From an uncultured archaeon (GTDB lineage Archaea > Asgardarchaeota > Heimdallarchaeia > Heimdallarchaeales > Heimdallarchaeaceae): DNA of 19,614 bases. A program made the translations under genes and the position numbers. Shown piece after piece: positions 1 to 7,264 of this stretch; positions within the stretch are counted from its first letter, which is position 1, and each line of letters opens with the position of its first letter. The notes beneath the pieces were generated by a model. It was not told the origin of the DNA and ran no database searches. It saw only the letters and a list, made by a program, of their open reading frames with translations. The stretch is taken from NCBI GenBank assembly GCA_964534625.1, contig CAZHRF010000050.1, positions 1 through 19,614 of the forward strand. The letters are read 5' to 3'.

Positions 1-9
1 TATACTTGC

Positions 10-47
10 GGGTAACCGTGGGTCACGTACCCAAAAGTACCCAAAAG
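10..47. repeat. Dyad-symmetric array of four GGGT/ACCC half-sites, including the direct repeat GTACCCAAAA x2 (candidate operator)
   Basis: GGGT at 10-13 and 20-23, ACCC at 29-32 and 39-42, symmetric about position 26; GTACCCAAAA at 27-36 and 37-46. Confidence 0.5.
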
Positions 48-100
48 AACTCATGTAATCAGTAGATTTATTTCTAGCATGCTTTTAATACTATCCTCGC

Positions 101-109
101 TTTTATATA
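101..109 (+). promoter_or_regulatory. Putative archaeal TATA box for the histidine kinase gene
   Basis: TTTTATATA 23-31 nt upstream of ATG 132, the spacing expected for a leaderless archaeal transcript. Confidence 0.4.
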
Positions 110-131
110 CTAGTAAAAAATTATATATTCA

Positions 132-1610
132 ATGAGTTCGTTTATCTGGCTTGTACTACAAGTGATTATTTATTCGTCTTTGGGTATGCTTTTTTACAAA
201 CTACGAGAATTCTTCTCTTTAATCCCCTTTTATTTATATCTAGGGTCTTTGGAACTCCTTGTGAGTTTGTTAAATAGTGTCTATGTATTAGAAATAACTC
301 AAAACATTGTAATTGGAGGGGGTCAGGTAGTCTATACAGCAATCATTTGGTCAATTATGCTCATTTATCTAATGGAACGTGATCAGAAAATTGTTACTTT
401 TATCATTTATTGTTTAGTTATCATCCAGTTGATGTATGTTGTAATTTATCCGTTTATCTATATAATGCTAGAAAAGAATTTAGTCGCTAATCCTCTTTCA
501 ATTCCTCCAGCCTTGTTTAAAACTTCATGGTGGATATTTATTATAGGCAACTTTCTAAGATTAGGAGAATCATTTATTATGATATATCTCATTGAAAAAA
601 TACAAAAGAAAGCACCCAACTTTCCTTGGCAAGTTACTAGTCTAGTTGTATTTAACTTTGTGTTAATTATTGATGGAATACTTTTTCCTTTACTTGTTTT
701 TCCAGTAATTTCGTCGCTCTCACTTTCTAAAGGGTTGTATGGAATATTAATTAAACTTATTTTAGGCTCTTTATTTTCAATTACTTTAATATTAGCAATG
801 TTCATTCTTCGATCATCGTTTGATGAAAAAGAAACAGACGAAATCTCTTTACTTAAGTTACTTTCGCTCCCAAAAGTAGATCTTATTCAAAGATATCAGA
901 TTGTAAGAGATGAACAACGAATGAATCGATTACTTCTCAATTTGCTTTCACATGATTTGAACAACTATATCATAAATACGTTAGGAAGAGTCGATATGAT
1001 TTTAGAAGATGATGGGGAAAATCTCTCCAAATCTACCCAAAACCTTCTTAAAACTATAAGGCGGATACAATATGAATCAGATTTTCTTGTAAATAATGCT
1101 CTCAATCTAGACAAAATTAAAACAAAAAAAATTGAGCTTACTGAAGTTAATCTTCAAGAATATGTTTTAGATTCTTTAGAGAGAATTAAAAGAATGTATC
1201 CAAATATAGAACTAAAAGTCAGCGGTGTGGATCAACTCCACAACGTAAAAGTTGTTGCCAATTCTTTATTAAGTAATGTGTTCCTAAATCTGTTTATTAA
1301 TTCAGTTAAATACAGAAAAAAAGATCAGAATAATGTAGAATTGCAATTCAATCTAAACTTCAAGGTAAATGAACATGTGTGTTTGTGTATCACCGATAAT
1401 GGAAAGGGTATACCGGATACTATTAAACCCAACATTTTCGAATATGGTAACTTTGAAAAAAAGAGAGCTAAATTAGGACTTTATCTCACCTCGGAAATAT
1501 TAAAGATGCATGAAGGAAAAATAGAAGTATATAATCGCCCTGATAGCCCAGATGATTATACAAAAGGAACTATGTTCAAAATATATTTTAGAAAGGTAGG
1601 AAGACAATAA
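132..1610 (+). CDS. Membrane-bound sensor histidine kinase (multi-TM N-terminal domain + HisKA + HATPase_c)
   Basis: About 7 hydrophobic segments in the first ~225 aa; H-box LLSHDLNN, N-box VFLNLFINSVKY, G1 DNGKGI, F-box NIFE, degenerate G2 KLGLYL, terminal GTMFKIYF. Confidence 0.92.
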   Translation: MSSFIWLVLQVIIYSSLGMLFYKLREFFSLIPFYLYLGSLELLVSLLNSVYVLEITQNIVIGGGQVVYTAIIWSIMLIYLMERDQKIVTFIIYCLVIIQLMYVVIYPFIYIMLEKNLVANPLSIPPALFKTSWWIFIIGNFLRLGESFIMIYLIEKIQKKAPNFPWQVTSLVVFNFVLIIDGILFPLLVFPVISSLSLSKGLYGILIKLILGSLFSITLILAMFILRSSFDEKETDEISLLKLLSLPKVDLIQRYQIVRDEQRMNRLLLNLLSHDLNNYIINTLGRVDMILEDDGENLSKSTQNLLKTIRRIQYESDFLVNNALNLDKIKTKKIELTEVNLQEYVLDSLERIKRMYPNIELKVSGVDQLHNVKVVANSLLSNVFLNLFINSVKYRKKDQNNVELQFNLNFKVNEHVCLCITDNGKGIPDTIKPNIFEYGNFEKKRAKLGLYLTSEILKMHEGKIEVYNRPDSPDDYTKGTMFKIYFRKVGRQ

Positions 1611-1893
1611 AAAACTGAGGAGAATAAAGCATACTAAAATTTAGATTTAAAACGTAACATGCAAACGCACGTAGAAGCACATGAAAGTAGATTGAATCAA
1701 AAATAAAAAGGCTCAAGAAATCTACTAATCCCATTTTTAACTCTCCAAGATCAGCTTTGCAGGGATAATATATTTTCAAAAGTTTATAGAGAATGCGAAA
1801 ACGCTGAAAAAAGTCATTATACTCATGTATCTGCTATCGACAGTTTTTAAAGCTCGATAAATAAGCAAGCTTGTAGTTGGGGAAGATTAGAAA

Positions 1894-1943
1894 TAAGCGA
1901 TTATTTTGATGAAGTTTTTTTCAACGTCAGAGATAATTGCTTA
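1894..1943 (+). promoter_or_regulatory. Putative RNA stem-loop in the 5' leader of the DEAD-box helicase gene
   Basis: 1894-1911 pairs with 1925-1943 over 18 bp with three G-U pairs and one bulged G (1930); TATA-like TTTTTAAA at 1844-1851 lies upstream. Confidence 0.55.
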
Positions 1944-1998
1944 GAATCATAGCTTCAAAGCATTGATTGTTAGGTTAATTATAGATGGTATGATATCA

Positions 1999-3219
1999 AT
2001 GAAATTTGAAGAATATAGTTTAAACCCTAGTATAGTACGTGCATTAAATGATATGGGAATTTGTCATCCCACAGAAATTCAAGAAAAAGCTATCCCTAAA
2101 CTGTTGAATAGCGGAAAGGTTCATATTTTAGCTCAAGCAAAAACAGGAACAGGAAAAACATTAGCTTTCTCCATTCCTGTAGTAAATCAAATTAGTCCAA
2201 AAGAAAAATCAGTTCAAGCTGTAGTTTTAGTTCCGACAAGAGAACTTTGTAAACAAGTTTACACTGTTATTCAAGATTTGACAAAATATAGAAAATTGAA
2301 AGCTGTTGCTGTTTATGGCGGAGTTTCCATCAATAACCAAAGAAAGAAAATTAAAAGTGGAACGCAAATTGTTATTGCAACGCCAGGAAGGTTAATGGAT
2401 CTATATCGAAGAAAATATATCTCGTTTCATAATGTACGCTTTGTTGTTTTAGATGAAGCAGACAGGATGCTTGATATGGGATTCTTGCCTGACATGCAAT
2501 ATATCTTGTTTAAAGCTATGCATAATGTTAAACCACGATTGTTATTGTTTTCGGCAACAATGTTAAAACAAATAGCTCATATAGCTCGTCAGTTTAGCCA
2601 TGGGGAACAATTATTTGAGATTAATGTAAGTAAAGATGATATTACTGTTGCTAATTGTCAACAATTTTATTACGCGGTAAAAGATAACAGAACCAAATAT
2701 TCTACCTTTGTCTCTATTTTACATAAAGAACAACCTGAATCATCAATAGTTTTTGTTAATACTAAAAGATGGATCAAAAAGTTGAAACAACGTCTAAGAA
2801 AAGAAAGAAGCCTTCCTATTAGATTTGATACTTTACATGGTGATAAGACTCAAGCACAACGTGAAAAAGTCTTGGCTAAGTTCAGAAATAAAAACATCGA
2901 TTGTTTAATCGCTACAAATGTGGCAGCAAGAGGATTAGATATACCTCACGTAACTCATGTCTTTAATTATGATTTACCACGTGAAGGACCTGAAATATAT
3001 GTACATCGAATCGGTCGAACTTCTAGAATGGAAAGCGATGGAAATGCAATTTCAATAGTTACAGGTGCCCAAATGAAAACTCTTCACAAAATTAAAAAGT
3101 TTACAAATAAACCGATTAAGAGGCTTTCTCTTAAAACAAATGAAAAACTTTCTAAGAGTAAAAATCCCAAAAGATATGGTTCAAATAAAAAGATCCATCA
3201 ATCTCATGCTGGCGACTAA
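1999..3219 (+). CDS. DEAD-box ATP-dependent RNA helicase (DeaD/CshA-like)
   Basis: Q motif (PTEIQ), I AKTGTGKT, Ia PTREL, Ib TPGRL, II DEAD, III SAT, V ARGLD, VI HRIGRTSR, basic tail. The ORF is open from TTG 1963; ATG 1999 (MKFEEYSL) matches the usual family N-terminus and ATG 1990 is an alternative. Confidence 0.95.
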   Translation: MKFEEYSLNPSIVRALNDMGICHPTEIQEKAIPKLLNSGKVHILAQAKTGTGKTLAFSIPVVNQISPKEKSVQAVVLVPTRELCKQVYTVIQDLTKYRKLKAVAVYGGVSINNQRKKIKSGTQIVIATPGRLMDLYRRKYISFHNVRFVVLDEADRMLDMGFLPDMQYILFKAMHNVKPRLLLFSATMLKQIAHIARQFSHGEQLFEINVSKDDITVANCQQFYYAVKDNRTKYSTFVSILHKEQPESSIVFVNTKRWIKKLKQRLRKERSLPIRFDTLHGDKTQAQREKVLAKFRNKNIDCLIATNVAARGLDIPHVTHVFNYDLPREGPEIYVHRIGRTSRMESDGNAISIVTGAQMKTLHKIKKFTNKPIKRLSLKTNEKLSKSKNPKRYGSNKKIHQSHAGD

Positions 3220-3225
3220 GGTAGA

Positions 3226-3249
3226 ATAGAAAACTTCTATCTGTTTTTT
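3226..3249 (+). terminator. Putative terminator of the helicase gene
   Basis: ATAGAA-aac-TTCTAT hairpin followed by ctgTTTTTT just after the stop at 3219. Confidence 0.35.
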
Positions 3250-3279
3250 CTGCTGTGTATTATTGCTGTTCATACTATT

Positions 3280-3862
3280 TCAACTTTGAGATAATATGGC
3301 GAGGAGTTCGTGTGGTATTTCTTTCTCCATCGTTTCCTATAACAATTATTTTATCAGTATTAGTTTGTTTATGTTTTACCTAAATATTTTTTGGATTACC
3401 ATGTTTTATAAAATTATCAAAAAGATTAGTAAACACTTGACTTATCTTGATAGGATCACAAGAAACCGATCCTAGTGTGTCTTTTGTGAAAGTTATTGTT
3501 TTTGGGATTGTTACACTAGCTAATTTTTCAATGAGAAGATCAAGGTTAACATTTTCTTTAATTGATAATTGCATACCTGTCTCAACCATTAAAATGCTCT
3601 TTTCTATTAAATCAGAAATAAGTTGGATTCTTTTTTTTGCTCTATGAAGCAGTTCAGTATCATTGTTTTCAAGATAATAGCTTAAATAGCCGTCAATTGC
3701 TAGTAAAGAATTGTTTACATCATGACTAATGAAACTGACAAATTCATTTAAATCTTGTCTCTTTCTGTGTAGTTTTTTCTCTTTTTCTATGCGGTTTTTT
3801 ACCTCTTCTTTAAGCCTGAGGTTTTTATCCTCCAACTCTTTTTTTAACAGTTGGCTACAGTA
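3280..3862 (-). pseudogene. Degraded histidine kinase (HisKA + partial HATPase_c)
   Basis: ORF 3835-3380 has H-box FISHDVNN and N-box QVFTNLFDNFIKHG. Past the TAG at 3382-3380 the frame continues VKHKQTNTDKIIVIGNDG; skipping one base at about 3325 gives KEIPHELL (G1 box NDGxxIP). No G2 box was found, there is no sensor domain, and an in-frame TGA lies upstream at 3865-3863. Confidence 0.75.
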
Positions 3863-3925
3863 TCATTTATGATTTTTGCAGAATCAGGATCAGTAGAAAC
3901 TAGATTTGTAGATCGTTTTTTATTT

Positions 3926-5023
3926 TCATTTTAGGAATCTTACTTGTAGATTCAACTTTATGTATAGCTCGCCATTTTCTTCATAAATCTTACCAAATTT
4001 CCATCTTCCTGAAGAAGCAGTATCAAGCTTTACATTATTCATTAGATAATGCGTAAACTCTTCACGTCCTATATGATAACAGATTAACTCCCCATCTTCT
4101 CTCGCAATAATGAATCCACTGGTTATATCAAAATCTTCATCCCATATTTCAGATGGTACCATCCCCAATGCCGAATGAATGATAAATTTCTTAACTCTGC
4201 TTTCATAAAAAGGCTGATTATGCTCAAGATCAAATCCACAAATGTTTTCCTTTTTTACTTGTTCTATTAAATCTAAAACTTTATTTCTTTTGGAGCTATA
4301 ATAATCTAAAACCATGGCACCCATTATTTGAGGCAAAGAAGTATCAATGAATTCCATGTTAAGAGTATATTCTTTTGAATCTATTCTATTAAAGCATAAT
4401 TTACCCCCCTTTTCTTCTATTTTCTTTAGTCTCTTTTTTATTTTATTCCTCGATTTGATTGAGTTTACTTCTTTTATAAGATTAGAATCATATTTCAATC
4501 CCTTGATTTTATAAACAAAATTTGTATTACCACTTGCATTTACTAGGGTTGCCGAGTTCCCTATTTGTGATTTGATACTAAAACCCATTTTCAAATCAAT
4601 ATCTTTTTCATAATCATGAACTACAATTATAATGTCGCTTGTTTCAGTATTATCTTGACGTATATGTTGTATTTTTATCCATTCCATAAATTGTTCAGTT
4701 TTGGGAAACGCAAAAGTTCTCTTTCTTTTCGGAGGATTTTTGAGTTTTCTTAGAAGGGTACTAGCTTCTTCTACAAATCTTTCAATTGGTACTTCTAGCA
4801 CCATTTCACCTGTATCTCCATTAACCACTTTTACAATGGAATTTCTTCTATATTCCCAGTTTTTTTCTTGTTCCTCTCTTATTATTGTAAGTATTTTGTA
4901 AAATTCTTCAGGTATTTTTTCTAGACTTTCATCTGCATGGTGTAATTTGCCTTCTGCCAGCAATTTAAAAAAGACATAAATTTCCGTCCATTCTCCTTTA
5001 TTTGCAGTTAGATGATTAGACAT
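3926..5023 (-). CDS. HpaII-family type II restriction endonuclease
   Basis: N-terminal NKGEWTEIYVFFKLLAEGKL, SDIIIVVHD, GFSIKSQIGNSATLVNAS and C-terminal IKLNLQVRF, all recalled R.HpaII-family signatures. The ORF is open from 5080; ATG 5023 is preferred from family alignment and the upstream TATA box. Confidence 0.92.
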   Translation of the reverse strand: MSNHLTANKGEWTEIYVFFKLLAEGKLHHADESLEKIPEEFYKILTIIREEQEKNWEYRRNSIVKVVNGDTGEMVLEVPIERFVEEASTLLRKLKNPPKRKRTFAFPKTEQFMEWIKIQHIRQDNTETSDIIIVVHDYEKDIDLKMGFSIKSQIGNSATLVNASGNTNFVYKIKGLKYDSNLIKEVNSIKSRNKIKKRLKKIEEKGGKLCFNRIDSKEYTLNMEFIDTSLPQIMGAMVLDYYSSKRNKVLDLIEQVKKENICGFDLEHNQPFYESRVKKFIIHSALGMVPSEIWDEDFDITSGFIIAREDGELICYHIGREEFTHYLMNNVKLDTASSGRWKFGKIYEENGELYIKLNLQVRFLK

Positions 5024-5045
5024 ATTGAATATTGTAAAACATGGG

Positions 5046-5062
5046 TTTTTAAATGTTTTCTG
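5046..5062 (-). promoter_or_regulatory. Putative BRE-TATA promoter of the endonuclease gene
   Basis: Minus strand CAGAAAACA-TTTAAAAA, with the TATA element 23-30 nt upstream of ATG 5023. Confidence 0.4.
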
Positions 5063-5089
5063 AATTTTATCTATTAACATTTGGCATTA

Positions 5090-6457
5090 CTATTTGTTTT
5101 TCTTTTTATTAGGTGGTAATTTAACAAAGTATGAATCTAACTTTCTGTTTTGATTTGTACGATGTTTTCCATTAAGCAATTGTCTAACTGTTTTTCTAAA
5201 GACTGATCTGTTTTCAGTATCCAATATTTTCTTATTCATTTGTACCATGGAACCATCAATTTTCAATAACCCATTTTTTTGCATAAAATTAAGCAGTTCC
5301 TTAAAATTGTCTACTCTTATACATTTCCTTTCAATATACCTTTCAATGGTAGAGACATACTTTCTTCCCGTTTCTGTTATTTGATTGTCTTCATAGAGAG
5401 AAACCATAAGATCTATGACTGTAAGTGTTTTTTCTTCATCTGCATTCAGTTTAATTATATCCTTCTTGTCCAATGCTTCTTTCATCTTTTTGGCTATTTC
5501 TTTTACTACTGGTATTGGGACGGAATTTGCTATTAATTTATACTTTCTAGTCATTGCAACAGGAAATTTATAAGACTCGGGGAATCCTTGTAATCTTGCC
5601 CATTCCCTAGGTGTCATTTTTCTAATTCCTTCGTTATTTCTTAAGCTGATATCATCTCCCTCTTTCTTCCAACAGTTTTCCAATATTTTGTCTTTAACAA
5701 GATTTCTTTCTTTTCCCATTCCTCCCAAAACTATAGTATTAGCTATACCATTCCTTGATACAACTTCGTAGCCAAATCCATGACCCTTTGCTTCATGTCT
5801 CGCTCTATGTTTTTTTAGACCATTTAAATATTCTTGTGATAAATAGTATTTATCTGGAACATCTTTTTGCAAGATATCGTCCAATACAGCTTCCTTATTT
5901 GTAGGTTCAGGAAAATCAAATGCCAATCTTTCTCTAAACCCTACTACATATATTCTCTCTCTGTTTTGGGGAAGTCCAAAATCTTTAGCGTTTAGGATCT
6001 TATAATATACTTGATATCCTAAATCTTTTGTTAAGACATCTTTAATTATTCTAAATGTTCTTCCTTTATCGTGATGTTTGAGATGCTTAACATTTTCCAA
6101 TAAAAAGGCTTCAGGTTTTTTTTCGCGTAATATTTTAGCAATATAGAAGAATAGAGTCCCCCTTGTATCATCAAACCCTCTTTTATGTCCAGCGAGAGAA
6201 AAAGCTTGACATGGAAAACCAGCCACAAGTATATCAAAATCAGGTATATTTGCCATACTTTCTTTTGTTATATCGCCATCAGGATCTTCGTTAAAATTTG
6301 CTTCGTAGGTTTTACATGCATACTTATCAATTTCATTTGCATAAACAAAGTCTATTCTATTTTCAAAAGCTTCTTCAAAAGCTATTCTTGTTCCACCTAT
6401 ACCTGCAAAAAGATCAATTGCTTTGTATATCTTATTTTCATCTGTTTGGACATTCAA
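5090..6457 (-). CDS. dcm: DNA (cytosine-5)-methyltransferase, M.HpaII-like (probable CCGG), with ~125-aa C-terminal extension
   Basis: Motif I DLFAGIGG, IV GFPCQAFS, VI LENV, VIII PQNRERIY, IX TPREWARLQGFP, X ANSV. The target-recognition region KYYLSQEY..RHEAKGHGFGYE..IANTIVLGGMGKERNLV closely resembles M.HpaII as recalled. Adjacent to an HpaII-family endonuclease. Confidence 0.96.
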   Translation of the reverse strand: MNVQTDENKIYKAIDLFAGIGGTRIAFEEAFENRIDFVYANEIDKYACKTYEANFNEDPDGDITKESMANIPDFDILVAGFPCQAFSLAGHKRGFDDTRGTLFFYIAKILREKKPEAFLLENVKHLKHHDKGRTFRIIKDVLTKDLGYQVYYKILNAKDFGLPQNRERIYVVGFRERLAFDFPEPTNKEAVLDDILQKDVPDKYYLSQEYLNGLKKHRARHEAKGHGFGYEVVSRNGIANTIVLGGMGKERNLVKDKILENCWKKEGDDISLRNNEGIRKMTPREWARLQGFPESYKFPVAMTRKYKLIANSVPIPVVKEIAKKMKEALDKKDIIKLNADEEKTLTVIDLMVSLYEDNQITETGRKYVSTIERYIERKCIRVDNFKELLNFMQKNGLLKIDGSMVQMNKKILDTENRSVFRKTVRQLLNGKHRTNQNRKLDSYFVKLPPNKKKNK

Positions 6458-6501
6458 TGCATTAACATTTACATTTTTCTCTTTAAAAAACTTGTTTATT
6501 A

Positions 6502-6909
6502 TTATGTGACATTCAATTCTGCTTCAATTTTCAAGACAACTTCATCTATGTTCTTTTTTATTTCATGTCCCCAAAACCTTAATACGATCCATCGCTCTTT
6601 TTTCAGCTTCTTATCAACTTTTTTTGCTCTGTTCTTATTTTGTTCAAATTTATTTAACCAAAATTCCTTGTTAGTTTCAGGTATTTTTCTACATTCGGGA
6701 CATCCGTGCCAGAAACACCCATCACAGAAAATAGCTATTTTCTTCTCTGGAAATGCTATATCAATTTTTGCCACTTGTTTGTATTGGGTTTCGAATTTGT
6801 GCCCTCTTTCTTCTAATGCTTCTTGAAGCGCTTTTTCTATTCCTGTATCTTTTGTTTTGATTTTACTCATAAATCGACTTCTCTCTTTTTTTGTAAATAT
6901 ATCGGGCAT
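6502..6909 (-). CDS. vsr: Very short patch repair (G:T mismatch) endonuclease
   Basis: N-terminal D..T...RS..MS.I...DT..E, KIDIAF, FCDGCFWHGC, TNKEFW..K...N..R, VLRFW; sits next to a C5-methyltransferase. Confidence 0.93.
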   Translation of the reverse strand: MPDIFTKKERSRFMSKIKTKDTGIEKALQEALEERGHKFETQYKQVAKIDIAFPEKKIAIFCDGCFWHGCPECRKIPETNKEFWLNKFEQNKNRAKKVDKKLKKERWIVLRFWGHEIKKNIDEVVLKIEAELNVT

Positions 6910-7264
6910 ATTATCAAAAATAGATAAAGTGCATAGTATTTATTATTTCTTTTAGTGTTTTTCTTTGTTATATCTTTATACAACACCATCATGATATTAT
7001 GGTAATTATATCAAATTTATTAAAATTATGCCATTGCCCTCTATTCATTATTCTATGTTGTTTAAGCATTATTGAGAAAATTCCAAGAACCCCGTTATTA
7101 GAATAGTACTTCCTACAAGGAGACTTATCTCAAAAGATCACACCTATTTGGCAATGGAAATTAGGAAAAGTTCCAGTGGAGGAGAAGGGGTATAAAAATG
7201 AAATGATTTGATTGTTTATTGAAAGACTCAAAAAGAATGTTTGAAAACCATATCTAGTTATAGT

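Noticed and set aside
43-143. 11/12 inverted match AAAAGAACTCAT (43-54) versus ATGAGTTCGTTT (132-143)
   Set aside because: It is short, overlaps the kinase start codon and has no flanking target duplication; plausibly chance.
3380-3382. In-frame TAG as pyrrolysine or readthrough recoding (also TAG 7104-7106)
   Set aside because: The kinase also has a frameshift and a missing 5' end. TAG serves as a natural stop at 5092-5090 (followed by TAA) and at 16272-16270. No pyl genes are present in the window.
5093-5116. PPNKKKNK as a nuclear-localisation signal
   Set aside because: Lys-rich tails are common in AT-rich prokaryotic genomes and there is no nucleus; at most this is a DNA- or clamp-contacting basic patch.
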